A DNA stretch of 41,169 nt from a virus, in the IMG/VR virus record IMGVR_UViG_3300031418_000040; one strand, 5' to 3'. This document shows, piece after piece, positions 1 to 8,702 of the stretch. Each line of letters opens with the position of its first letter. Position 1 is the first letter of the stretch. The notes beneath the pieces are model-generated. The model was not told the origin of the DNA and searched no databases. It saw only the letters and a program-made list of their open reading frames with translations. The translations under genes and the position numbers were made by a program.

Positions 1-112
1 CGCCTTTCAGGGGCGGTTACGACATTGCTTACAGCTTGTTTTTATTCGTTTTAATCGGTAGTTCGAAGATGGTGCCCGGGGTGGGACTTGAACCCACACA
101 GCCATAAGCCGA
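1..112. repeat. attL-side copy of a perfect direct repeat of at least 112 bp bracketing the prophage (partner 41058..41169)
   Basis: Bases 1..112 read identically to 41058..41169. Both copies are cut by the window edges, so the true repeat is probably longer. It contains the tRNA 3' half plus 69 bp of downstream flank. Confidence 0.9.
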
Positions 113-126
113 GGGATTTTAAATCC
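70..126 (-). tRNA. Truncated 3' fragment of tRNA-Leu(UAA), the duplicated att remnant and not a functional gene
   Basis: The reverse complement reads GGATTTAAAATCCCTCGGCTTATGGCTGTGTGGGTTCAAGTCCCACCCCGGGCACCA. That gives an anticodon loop with UAA, a long variable arm, a T-arm GTGGG/TTCAAGT/CCCAC and an acceptor 3' strand plus CCA, closely resembling enterobacterial leuZ-type tRNA. Sequence 127..160 has no D-arm or 5' acceptor strand. Confidence 0.8.
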
Positions 127-157
127 TGCCTTATTACCTTTGATTACAGGATTTTAG

Positions 158-233
158 GTGAATATTTCATAATATAACCAACTTTATATGACTATAAATA
201 TCAGTACGTTACAAACGGATATTTGTGAATATT
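158..233. promoter_or_regulatory. Candidate integrase arm-type binding sites (GTGAATATT twice, at 158..166 and 225..233) in the AT-rich attL arm
   Basis: An exact 9-mer occurs twice. Its reverse complement AATATTCAC shares the core ATATTC with the duplicated ATATTCTGAAG next to int at 41010..41033. Confidence 0.35.
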
Positions 234-267
234 ATGATGTATTTTAGCTTGTTTTATGAGCTTTAAA

Positions 268-591
268 TCATATTGTTGGCCTGTTCCAGTCATAGTGAGC
301 AGTTATAGTTAATACCACCGTTCCGAGCACTATTACTTCTTCCATAATTTGACCTTCCAGTACCTCACCGTCCGGCGTGATGATCGACTTACCCATCAGT
401 TTTCCGATGCCTACCTCACCAAATATTTCATAGTAAATTTCTGATCCATTGGCAGGTGTCATGGATGAGTCAACGACATACTGAAGCCCACCAAAATCAA
501 CGAGCGACGTTGATGATGGGCGCGGGATGAACAGGCGGTTCAGGCAGATGCCGTCTTCGATGTAGTCCGTGGCCGGGGATGGAAAGCCCAT
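268..591 (-). CDS. UmuD'-like (HumD-like) S24-fold protein that starts at the position of the UmuD cleavage site and lacks the GDSM catalytic segment
   Basis: The N-terminus MGFPSPATDYIE..LN matches E. coli UmuD from Gly25 (C/GFPSPAADYVEQRIDLN). VVDSSMTPANGSEIYYEIFGEVGIGKL aligns with [27 protein letters not shown]. The ASGDSMIDGGISDGD segment is replaced by a short FGGLQY. The ATG overlaps the upstream stop (TGATG). Confidence 0.75.
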   Translation of the reverse strand: MGFPSPATDYIEDGICLNRLFIPRPSSTSLVDFGGLQYVVDSSMTPANGSEIYYEIFGEVGIGKLMGKSIITPDGEVLEGQIMEEVIVLGTVVLTITAHYDWNRPTI

Positions 592-833
592 CAGAAACCT
601 CCGTTGTTCGGATTGAACAGCAGGAACGTCCGGCGCTCGCCTTCCTCTGTAGACACGTCTTTGAATGTGCTCTGATAGTGCTCAATCCAGCGATTGGCCT
701 CAGCAAGAGACCAATCGTAGTTGACCTGTGCCAGTGCTGCGACAAAGTCAGATGTGGTCACTGTGCGCCGCCCGCTGGCAGCAATCTGTATGCTCGCCCG
801 GAACGCCGCCGGGATGTCGTCTCTTCTTCCCAT
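591..833 (-). CDS. Hypothetical 80-aa protein, first gene of the SOS-boxed operon
   Basis: ATG-initiated ORF with AAGG 6 nt upstream. It is translationally coupled to the UmuD'-like gene. A LexA box lies 12 nt upstream. I recognise no family. Confidence 0.6.
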   Translation of the reverse strand: MGRRDDIPAAFRASIQIAASGRRTVTTSDFVAALAQVNYDWSLAEANRWIEHYQSTFKDVSTEEGERRTFLLFNPNNGGF

Positions 834-844
834 GATTACCTTGA

Positions 845-864
845 TACTGTTTGGATATACAGTA
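845..864. promoter_or_regulatory. LexA (SOS) box TACTGTTTGGATATACAGTA
   Basis: Fits CTGT-N8-ACAG with flanking TA..TA. It sits directly downstream of a candidate promoter on the minus strand (TTGATC-N18-AATAAT) and 12 nt upstream of the ATG at 833. Confidence 0.8.
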
Positions 865-981
865 TTATTTGATCATGTGGCGTGAATGATCAACCGGGTG
901 AGTCGGGGAAAATTGTCAGGATGATGATCTTGAGGGGAATTTAGCTGGCTTATTCTTTCCATGAACTTATGAATTTCGCTT

Positions 982-1200
982 TCAAAAATTATTGGCGAGT
1001 GTAAAGTTCTCACGCAGCTCAGACTGCGCTTGGATTCCCTTTCCCTTGACCGAATTTATGCCTGTGTAACGCAGGCTTTTTCCTTCCTTGCATTTATTAA
1101 TGGCCCTACTAAACTCAAATTGACACAAGATAGTGTCAACCTCACAGAGCCATGTCTCTGCGTAACAAGGATTTCTGCCCGCAATAATTTTCGCGGGCAT
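982..1200 (-). CDS. Hypothetical small protein (72 aa), doubtful
   Basis: ATG ORF in the lower-GC spacer between the tail fibre and the SOS operon. The SD is weak and no motif is recognisable. Confidence 0.3.
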   Translation of the reverse strand: MPAKIIAGRNPCYAETWLCEVDTILCQFEFSRAINKCKEGKSLRYTGINSVKGKGIQAQSELRENFTLANNF

Positions 1201-1243
1201 TTTTTTGCCTGAAATTTTAGTGCCAACTTAATTCTTATCTTCT

Positions 1244-2470
1244 TTACTCCTCGCCCTCTGCTGCCTGCTCCATCTCGCGCATGCGAGTGTTCCATGCTGA
1301 GTCCTCAGGCATCTGCAGGCGAAGGTCAATCCAGCGGCCCTCAGGAATATCCATCGGCTCACCGGCTACAATCATCGCGCTGTCGACGTCAAAACGGCGT
1401 TTAAAGACCGAGACGGTGATACCCCCCTCTTTATCTGTGGATAGCTCAACGAAGCACATGCGGTTACCGTTGATATCTTGTGGCACTTCCAATGTCCACC
1501 CCTCATCTGCCATACCCACAGCACCTTTAACAAGATAGACGCCCGTTGATATTCTCTCTGCAGTCACGCCTTCTGCTTCAGCATTTACCGATACCAGTCC
1601 AGCGACGATATGCTGCTCATCAACTGCGAAATCTGGCTGCATTTGGCTAACGTCATTCGTAAGCCGGGCGATTGGTGACGCTCGTTTGATGAAATTATTG
1701 GTATCAATGGTCGTGTTAGCAGTTGACCACATTGTTGACCATGGGGTTGTCGTATCTATTGCTGACGTTGTTGTCGAAAATCTTGCCCAGACAGCACCAG
1801 ATGTATTCATGTAGAGTTGTGCACGCCTGTAATTAGTATAAATAGACTGGAATCCACAACCGTTTTGAGCAAGGCCAATAGCCGCCTGAGCGTTAGGTGC
1901 ACCACTGTATGAAAACGTACCCGATCGCTGATGTACCGCGACTTCATTATCTCGATAAAGCCCCGACGATTCTAAAGGTATTGTTAAGCCATTCAGTTTC
2001 GTGATATCGCTGTTTTCCCCCTTTTTCGCATAAGCATCTAGCGCTGTTTTATCTGCCTTATTCGCGTATTGAGCCGACATGTAGCCCCAGCTGGGGCCGG
2101 TGAACGCGCTGCGGTCAGGTCGCTCTATGGTAACCGATGCGGCGTCACTGTAAATCTTCTGCCAGTTCGCCAGCTGCGCAATCATGCCGCGCTGGTTCGT
2201 TGCCATGTCATTCAGGACTTGCTGAGTAATTGCATACTTCAGTGTTGCCGGAACGCCGTACCAAGCTAACCCGCTGGCCGTTGGTCCGTTGTACGCCTGC
2301 GCAATGGTGAGCTGCGTGTTTGAAGCGATCGACGCGACAATCATGGTATAGGGCGCACCGCCGACAGTAACGCCGATAAAGTCACCCCCTTTCAGCTCTG
2401 AAGTGAACGCAGTTCCGGTGCCACCCACGGTGGTTGAGTTGTTGGTTAACGCAATAGTTCCTGCTGGCAT
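1244..2470 (-). CDS. Tail fibre protein
   Basis: 408 aa, located immediately after the J-like gene. The N-terminus MPAGTIALTNNSTTVGGTGTAFTSELKGGDFI is typical of the conserved attachment domain of enterobacterial prophage side tail fibres. Confidence 0.7.
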   Translation of the reverse strand: MPAGTIALTNNSTTVGGTGTAFTSELKGGDFIGVTVGGAPYTMIVASIASNTQLTIAQAYNGPTASGLAWYGVPATLKYAITQQVLNDMATNQRGMIAQLANWQKIYSDAASVTIERPDRSAFTGPSWGYMSAQYANKADKTALDAYAKKGENSDITKLNGLTIPLESSGLYRDNEVAVHQRSGTFSYSGAPNAQAAIGLAQNGCGFQSIYTNYRRAQLYMNTSGAVWARFSTTTSAIDTTTPWSTMWSTANTTIDTNNFIKRASPIARLTNDVSQMQPDFAVDEQHIVAGLVSVNAEAEGVTAERISTGVYLVKGAVGMADEGWTLEVPQDINGNRMCFVELSTDKEGGITVSVFKRRFDVDSAMIVAGEPMDIPEGRWIDLRLQMPEDSAWNTRMREMEQAAEGEE

Positions 2471-2487
2471 AGTTATCTCCGGGCAAT

Positions 2488-2513
2488 AAAAAAAACCCGG
2501 CGCAGTGGCCGGG
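2488..2513 (-). terminator. Rho-independent terminator (minus strand) between J and the tail fibre gene
   Basis: The minus strand reads CCCGGCcactgcGCCGGG followed by TTTTTTTT. Confidence 0.7.
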
Positions 2514-2533
2514 TTTAGCTTAATAGGGGTCTG

Positions 2534-5500
2534 CTAGTTTCTTGTAACAACTGAAGCACTTCTTTGGGTGAATACATGATAGCGCGCGATTAACCCAAGC
2601 CTCGCCGAACCATTGTGTCCGTTCCTGACCTCATAAGTTAATGCAGTTGAGCCTGTTCCTGCTGATACTGTAAAGGCTAGCGACCTCAGATCCAAAAATT
2701 CTCCGCCCTCTGCAACAGTCTTTCCATCACATGTCAATCTGACGTAAGAACCTGTGCCGGGAGAGCCGCTGCTTATAATTGCATTTAACATCCGACCATC
2801 AGTAGCTGGAATAGTTGACGCATCTCCATCCGCTGAGATCAACGCGCCAATAATGGAAATTCTCTGCACAAAGTTTTGACGCTTAATGACACATAATGTC
2901 CCTGAAATGGAGCCACCTCCTCCAACACTTCCATTATAGTTACGCTCATATGCACCAATCAGATAATCACCCACATCACCAACGATTTTATTAGCGTATA
3001 TCGTTCCCTTAAAATCTCCATCCGTCGCGTATACGGTACCGTTGAACTGCCCATCGGTGGCATAAACTGTGCCACGAACAGTGACATTATTAAATTCAGC
3101 ATCACCAGACTTATCAATATTCCAGCCTTTATTTCCAGCAGAGTAATCGTTTGATCTGATGTACTGACCAATCATTGCATTTGTGATCCATGCATCCCCA
3201 ATGAATGCCTGGTTAATCAGTACCTGCCCGTCTTTAATGATGAACGGGGAGTAATAATTACCCTGCGAACCACTGATGACAACAAACTGATTGGCGTTCA
3301 CGGCCACGCGAGTATCAACGCTGGTGCCGTTGACTGTTGCGGCCACAGACAGGCCAGCATCGTAATTCGTGCCGTTATATCTGATGCCGGTCTTCAGTGT
3401 GTAAATTGCTGAGGGGTTATCGACATCAGCGTATGCGACGAAATTCTGCTGAATTGCCGCCTGCTGTTCGTTGTAGTTGGCAGTTACAACGGTTGCCAGG
3501 CTGGCGACCGATGACTGCGCATCTGCAGCCACTTTGCTGGCCTGGATGATGCCAGCTCGGTTGTCGCCGTACTGTGCCCATTGCTGTTGAACAGTGTCGT
3601 ATCCGGCGAGGATATCCTTCAGGATGGCTTCCGGATCAGTCAGAAGTGGGTCCAGCAAAGCCTGACCGTCTGGAGACGTCAGGAAGTCTTCAACAACATC
3701 ACCGATCAGGTCATTCGCGTTAACGTTCGATGCGCCGCCCACAAACGCTGTCCAGTCCCCTACATTGCCGATTTTATCTACCAGGCGCGCGCGGTACCAG
3801 CGGCGAACGCCAGCTGGCATCGGCCCATGCTGATAGCTGACGCCGGGGTATGGAATAAGGCTCAGGAGTTGCGGGTTCTGGCCATCTGCTGTGGTGGCCA
3901 CCTGCAGTTCGGTGTATGCGGTGTCGCCGGAGCCAGCGGGGAATGCCCAGGTAATATCGATATTCCACACAACGTTAGTGGTGGCGAACAGGCTGACAGG
4001 CATTCCCGGCTTACCGACCTTGCCTGTTAGCGGCGTTGAGTCTGAATATCCCCATGGGGACGAAACCTCAGCTGCATTGACGGCCCTCACGCGGACATCA
4101 TAAACGCCCGTGTAAATCCCGCTGATGCTGAAGCCCTGTGCGCTGGTCTGGCTGACGTTGATCCAGTCGCCTTTATCCTTGCGCCACTGGGCAACGTAGC
4201 TTATCGCGCCCTCTACACTGCCCCACTTAACCTGCATGCTGGCCACGGACAGCCCCTGTTCAACATAACTGAGCTCCTCAATGCTGATGTTGGCGGGTGG
4301 CTTCAGTACGCTGATTGGCGTAACGGTGATCGGTGCCGGTTCAATACGCACGCCATCGTCGATATAGCGGTACTTATTCGGGTCATGCTGCACGCCAGCG
4401 ACCGTAAACGTGCCGTCATCGTTAGACGAAATCGAGGTAATACGGAAGTACTGAATGGCAAGGTTATCGCTGTCAATGGCCCATACAGCGCCCGCTACCG
4501 GGTCCATGCGGAAACTGGTTGAAACTGTCACGGTTAGCTTGTCACTGCTGACTGTAGCGATGGTGCGCGTCTGAGCAGTTCCGTCTGGAAGGTTTACTAC
4601 CAGCCGATCCCCTGCTGAGTATTCGATGGCCCGGTCCAGCTTCACGTTGCGTCCATTAACCGCGCTAATGCGGCCGCCGTTCTGCTTACCACTGCGGAAC
4701 GGATCGGCCACGCCGATAATCTCAGCTGGCACCGGGATGTAGCCGTCCAGCCCGACACCAAATGAGACGGTTCCATCTTTAGCGTTAGAAAAAAGTGCCC
4801 AGCGTCCGCGCCTGTGTGCTTCGCTCTGCGATGTGCAGCCTATCGCCGTTAATGTTAATTCCCGGACGCCATATCGCGCCACAAGCTCGGAATCGTAAAC
4901 GCTTTCAACGGTGTCGGAATAGTGATTGGCCGGATCGGAGTAACTGGTCTGGCACGATGAATAGCGGTTTTTATAGCTGCCACCAGCATACGTGAACAAT
5001 CCATCTACCACGTTAGCCGCGTGATAAACAAAGTCCACGTCCACGTTGCCGTTGGAATCAACTTGCGGCACGTCTGCGTTCACGAAAATCTGGCTGTTAC
5101 CCCAGAACGTGATGCCACGGAAAATAGCAGCTATATCTTTCAGTACGGTATAGGCATCCTGTTGGCTCTGGATAAACACATTGCAGGTGAATCGCGGCTC
5201 TGTGCCGCCAGCGCCGTTCGGCACCATTTGATCGCAGTACTGTGCGATCGAGTACAGCTCCCATCTGTCAATCATGGAAGCATCAACGCGCGTGCCCATG
5301 CCACAGATTTTATCAAGCACCAGATCGTAAAAAATCCATGCCGGATTATTGGTATAAGCGTATTTAAAGTCGCCCTGCCAGGTGCCGCTGTACGTCCGGC
5401 TGATTGGTTCGTAATTCGACGGCACGCGAACCAGCTTGCCTTTCGGTTTGCAGGTAATCTTTGGTGCCTGGCCATTAAACTGAGATGCATCCACCTCGAC

Positions 5501-6196
5501 ATAAAGCAGGGCAGTGTTTGGGTAACGCAGTTTGCTGTCGATAACCTCAGCGAATGAAAAAACTTTGAAGGCATTAATCAGGCGGGACGAGGTTGAGTCT
5601 GCAGTAATACGGCGCACCCGGATTGCCCATCCTGTCGTGGCCTTAGGCAAGTCAATACGATGGTCGCGCTGATATTCTGACGTGGTTTTCCCGTTAAATC
5701 GCCCGTCAACCACCTGTACCCATGAGCTGCCATCCGTTGAGAGGTCAATAGCATACTGCGTGACTGTTCCCACCATGTCGCCATTATCTTTGTACTGATA
5801 CTGGATTGGCAGGCTGAGTTTGATGCGCACGGCATCAAGGGAAAGGTTAGTGTACTGGCGAGTCCAGGGGGCGGGCTGCGTTACAGTGACACCGACCGAC
5901 AGCTCATTATCGACCTCGGGCATACCCTGAATATAAGTCTGGTCCTGGGTGCCCTTACGGTAATCCCAGACCACTCCCGTGAAGTTATAAGTGCCATCGT
6001 CATTCGCGAGCTGGGTATCGTTGAGGTAAATCTGCTGCGCAGTCAGGTCGCCCTGTATCTCTCCCTCTGAGATGGCCAGCAATAGCTTCAGTTTTGCTAC
6101 GGAAAGCAGGTCATCAGCCTGCTCTGTTGGGGTTCGCGGATTTCCACCGCCGCCCTTACTTCCCTGATAAATCATTTCACCGTCAAGAAGTCGCAT
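2534..6196 (-). CDS. J: Tail tip / host specificity protein (lambda gpJ family)
   Basis: 1220 aa. The N-terminus ..GGGGNPRTPTEQADDLLSVAKLKLLLAISEGEI resembles the lambda J N-terminus. It follows the K and I homologues. Confidence 0.9.
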   Translation of the reverse strand: MRLLDGEMIYQGSKGGGGNPRTPTEQADDLLSVAKLKLLLAISEGEIQGDLTAQQIYLNDTQLANDDGTYNFTGVVWDYRKGTQDQTYIQGMPEVDNELSVGVTVTQPAPWTRQYTNLSLDAVRIKLSLPIQYQYKDNGDMVGTVTQYAIDLSTDGSSWVQVVDGRFNGKTTSEYQRDHRIDLPKATTGWAIRVRRITADSTSSRLINAFKVFSFAEVIDSKLRYPNTALLYVEVDASQFNGQAPKITCKPKGKLVRVPSNYEPISRTYSGTWQGDFKYAYTNNPAWIFYDLVLDKICGMGTRVDASMIDRWELYSIAQYCDQMVPNGAGGTEPRFTCNVFIQSQQDAYTVLKDIAAIFRGITFWGNSQIFVNADVPQVDSNGNVDVDFVYHAANVVDGLFTYAGGSYKNRYSSCQTSYSDPANHYSDTVESVYDSELVARYGVRELTLTAIGCTSQSEAHRRGRWALFSNAKDGTVSFGVGLDGYIPVPAEIIGVADPFRSGKQNGGRISAVNGRNVKLDRAIEYSAGDRLVVNLPDGTAQTRTIATVSSDKLTVTVSTSFRMDPVAGAVWAIDSDNLAIQYFRITSISSNDDGTFTVAGVQHDPNKYRYIDDGVRIEPAPITVTPISVLKPPANISIEELSYVEQGLSVASMQVKWGSVEGAISYVAQWRKDKGDWINVSQTSAQGFSISGIYTGVYDVRVRAVNAAEVSSPWGYSDSTPLTGKVGKPGMPVSLFATTNVVWNIDITWAFPAGSGDTAYTELQVATTADGQNPQLLSLIPYPGVSYQHGPMPAGVRRWYRARLVDKIGNVGDWTAFVGGASNVNANDLIGDVVEDFLTSPDGQALLDPLLTDPEAILKDILAGYDTVQQQWAQYGDNRAGIIQASKVAADAQSSVASLATVVTANYNEQQAAIQQNFVAYADVDNPSAIYTLKTGIRYNGTNYDAGLSVAATVNGTSVDTRVAVNANQFVVISGSQGNYYSPFIIKDGQVLINQAFIGDAWITNAMIGQYIRSNDYSAGNKGWNIDKSGDAEFNNVTVRGTVYATDGQFNGTVYATDGDFKGTIYANKIVGDVGDYLIGAYERNYNGSVGGGGSISGTLCVIKRQNFVQRISIIGALISADGDASTIPATDGRMLNAIISSGSPGTGSYVRLTCDGKTVAEGGEFLDLRSLAFTVSAGTGSTALTYEVRNGHNGSARLGLIARYHVFTQRSASVVTRN

Positions 6197-6206
6197 ATTT
6201 CACCCA

Positions 6207-6230
6207 TAAAAAAAGCCACCCGAAGGTGGC
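6207..6230 (-). terminator. Intrinsic terminator hairpin between I and J (minus strand)
   Basis: GGCCACCttcgGGTGGC followed by TTTTTTT on the minus strand, then the conserved leader ATGGGTGAAATATG. Confidence 0.65.
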
Positions 6231-6248
6231 CTGTCTGCCTGATTGTTA

Positions 6249-6854
6249 TTACTGCTGGTCGCTGGTAAAGCTGCCTGCGCTGATGATCGCACCACCGATT
6301 TCACGCTGGCCATACAGTACGGGTACCGGGTACCCCATCGCAACCGTGTTTACAGGTGAACCGAATGCATAGTTCGGCTTGTTATCTGTGCTCGAAGATG
6401 CGCCAATATTGTAATTTGGCTGCGGGGTCAGCATCTGAATAACACCTCCCAGCGCCATGCTGATACCCAGCCCGGTTAGCGCCGTTGTCACGGTGGAGGC
6501 CGTAACCCCGAGGACGGTAAACGATGCGCCGGCCGTAAAATATGCTGCTACCAGTGCCACTGCGCCGATCACTATCTGAAGCATGCCGCCGCGCTTGGAC
6601 CCTTCGATAATCGGCTCCATGCAAAACTCTGTAGACGCGGAGGACATGTCGAATTCCTGCAGGCCTATATTTTCTTTACCGCTGAAAAAGGCGAAACGCA
6701 CGCCGTTAAGATGGGCATTGGACACATACTTTTTGAACCCCGGCACCTGTGAACACATGGCGCGGATCAGCTCGCGCAGGTCTGCAACATGATAGCGGTG
6801 CACGGCTCCGAACTTCCTGGCCATAACTCCTTTTAATCGCATCATTTTAAGCAT
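6249..6854 (-). CDS. I: Tail assembly protein (lambda gpI family)
   Basis: 201 aa with a Gly/Ala-rich hydrophobic C-terminal half. Its position between K and J is as in lambda. Confidence 0.8.
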   Translation of the reverse strand: MLKMMRLKGVMARKFGAVHRYHVADLRELIRAMCSQVPGFKKYVSNAHLNGVRFAFFSGKENIGLQEFDMSSASTEFCMEPIIEGSKRGGMLQIVIGAVALVAAYFTAGASFTVLGVTASTVTTALTGLGISMALGGVIQMLTPQPNYNIGASSSTDNKPNYAFGSPVNTVAMGYPVPVLYGQREIGGAIISAGSFTSDQQ

Positions 6855-7566
6855 TCATCAGCTCCCTGTGGCGCACAATGCGCACGGTTCGGTTGCGCCA
6901 GTAATCACCATACGGGACGCGCGTGGACAGACTCTCTGAGTTGTGGTGCAGCATCAGGTTGTCACCGACATAGATGGCTGCGTGATTGGTTACCGGGGAC
7001 TGCACGCGCATCATGATCATGTCGCCCGGGTGCATCTCCGCCGGGTCAACCTGCACGAATCCTTCAGCCTCCCAGTTGTCGTCGTAGCGACTCTCTTTAC
7101 CGTCATGCCACCATTCATAATCGACAGACCAGTTGTTTAGCGTGATGCCGTGCTCCTGCCGGTAGTAATCCATAATGAGCGTCCAGCAGTCGGCGTAGCC
7201 CAGCACCCACTGCCGCCCGACCAGCTCCCGTTCTCCGCGCGGACTGATGGTGCAAAAATCCCCGTCAGGCCATGACATGATCCCCCACTCAATGCCGGAA
7301 TGATCGCACTGCACCCGGTCAAACTCTGTCGGGATAAGCTGCGGCACATCCGGGTGCGAATGAATTACCATCAGAATATCGCCCTGAGCCTCCGCTGCAC
7401 GCTTGTCCTCCGGTGACAATGTGAAGTCCTGCGTGGGATCGCCCGCAATGTTCCTGCAAGGTATGTAAGTCTGGGTCCGGCCTGACTGAATGATTAGGCC
7501 ACACGCCTCCTTCGGGTATTCCGAGGCAACGTGTTTACGTATAGCGGTAAGTAGTTTTTCTCGCAT
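6847..7566 (-). CDS. K: Tail assembly protein K (MPN/JAB plus NlpC/P60 domains)
   Basis: Contains a HSHP JAB-type metal motif and a C-terminal NlpC/P60-like region (ADCWTL..., HAAIY). Its position after L is as in lambda. Confidence 0.85.
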   Translation of the reverse strand: MREKLLTAIRKHVASEYPKEACGLIIQSGRTQTYIPCRNIAGDPTQDFTLSPEDKRAAEAQGDILMVIHSHPDVPQLIPTEFDRVQCDHSGIEWGIMSWPDGDFCTISPRGERELVGRQWVLGYADCWTLIMDYYRQEHGITLNNWSVDYEWWHDGKESRYDDNWEAEGFVQVDPAEMHPGDMIMMRVQSPVTNHAAIYVGDNLMLHHNSESLSTRVPYGDYWRNRTVRIVRHRELMNA

Positions 7567-7568
7567 CG

Positions 7569-8306
7569 CTATTTCCCCTGTAAATTTGCTGCCGGGAATC
7601 CACCAAACGATAACGGCTTATCTTCACCAAACCGCGCCTTGCAGTCAGCCATGCGCCCACCACAAACGTCCTTTGATGGATCGCTGGTTGGCGTCCCGTC
7701 TTTGGCGAAATACCGTGTTCCTGCGTAGTCACAGCCTGTTCCGGTGCGGTACCAGCCGCGTATGCACCACGTGCATACTGGCGTAATCTGTCGGGATGGC
7801 AGTTGCAGGCTCTGAATATCAAAGGGTGAGCACAATTCGAACTCAACAACGGAGCGCGTCTCTGCCGTTTTGGCATTGACCAGGAAAAGCTGGACGCGTT
7901 CCTCCTGGGGATTCGCGTTAGGGTTCCCCCCAATCCAGTTTGCTGCATCGAGATACTTGGCCATCGTGGTGTGAATTTTCACTTTGGCCTTCACCAGATC
8001 GTCATACTGAAGGCAAAGTGCCGCGACGAAATTCCCCACATTACTGACCGAAAGTTTGGGGGTTGGCTGAGCACCTGCGCTGCTCATTTCCATCCCGGAC
8101 AATTCGTAAGGGTGAGGATCGTACTCTTTGCCCTGCCACACGATGGAAGGAAGGTTATCCGCTGCGAAGGATTTCCACCCGTCCGCAGGAATGTTGTAAG
8201 CATGAAACCTGAGGACATTATCCATGCCAAAATCGGTACCATCGACCTCTACCAGTTGGACCAGGCTACCCGGCTCCAGCTGCTGTATATCCTGTAAAAA
8301 AGGCAT
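7569..8306 (-). CDS. L: Minor tail protein L
   Basis: 245 aa, MPFLQDIQQLEPGSLVQLVEVDG.. with a C-terminal Cys cluster (CTWC..C..C) as in lambda gpL. Confidence 0.85.
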   Translation of the reverse strand: MPFLQDIQQLEPGSLVQLVEVDGTDFGMDNVLRFHAYNIPADGWKSFAADNLPSIVWQGKEYDPHPYELSGMEMSSAGAQPTPKLSVSNVGNFVAALCLQYDDLVKAKVKIHTTMAKYLDAANWIGGNPNANPQEERVQLFLVNAKTAETRSVVEFELCSPFDIQSLQLPSRQITPVCTWCIRGWYRTGTGCDYAGTRYFAKDGTPTSDPSKDVCGGRMADCKARFGEDKPLSFGGFPAANLQGK

Positions 8307-8317
8307 ATTTCACCCAA

Positions 8318-8339
8318 TAAAAAAGGGCGCTCAGCGCCC
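8318..8339 (-). terminator. Intrinsic terminator hairpin between M and L (minus strand)
   Basis: GGGCGCtgaGCGCCC followed by TTTTTT, then the leader ATTGGGTGAAATATG. Confidence 0.65.
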
Positions 8340-8358
8340 TGTTAATTATCGTGACTTG

Positions 8359-8700
8359 TCATGGTGCGAAAGACTGCTCAAAGGTGAAGGCTATTTCCAC
8401 AAAGTTTCCGTTGATGAAGTTTGGCCGGATGGAGTCCGCCTCAACGCGATAGAGCTTTTTCTCTCCCCATGGATTAACCCACCAGCACGACACGGTGACG
8501 TGTGATTTCAGAAATGCCCTGACGGTGGCCATCTCAGCCTTACTGCCGCTGCAGGTTACTGGCCACGACTCGCGGGCACCGTTGATACCCGTTCCGGCGA
8601 CTTGCTTATAGCCGTCACCAAACTGAGCCTGCATAGTGGAAACCGTCAGTTCTTCCGTGGCCCCTGTTCTCAAGCACCATCCAAATTCGTCAATTGCCAT
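8359..8700 (-). CDS. M: Minor tail protein M
   Basis: The start was moved to MAIDEFGW, directly after the tape-measure stop at 8703. Size of about 113 aa and position match lambda gpM. Confidence 0.75.
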   Translation of the reverse strand: MAIDEFGWCLRTGATEELTVSTMQAQFGDGYKQVAGTGINGARESWPVTCSGSKAEMATVRAFLKSHVTVSCWWVNPWGEKKLYRVEADSIRPNFINGNFVEIAFTFEQSFAP

Positions 8701-8702
8701 AC

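Noticed and set aside
5238-5262. TACTGTGCGATCGAGTACAG as a third LexA box
   Set aside because: The spacing is CTGT-N10-ACAG rather than N8, and it lies deep inside the J gene.
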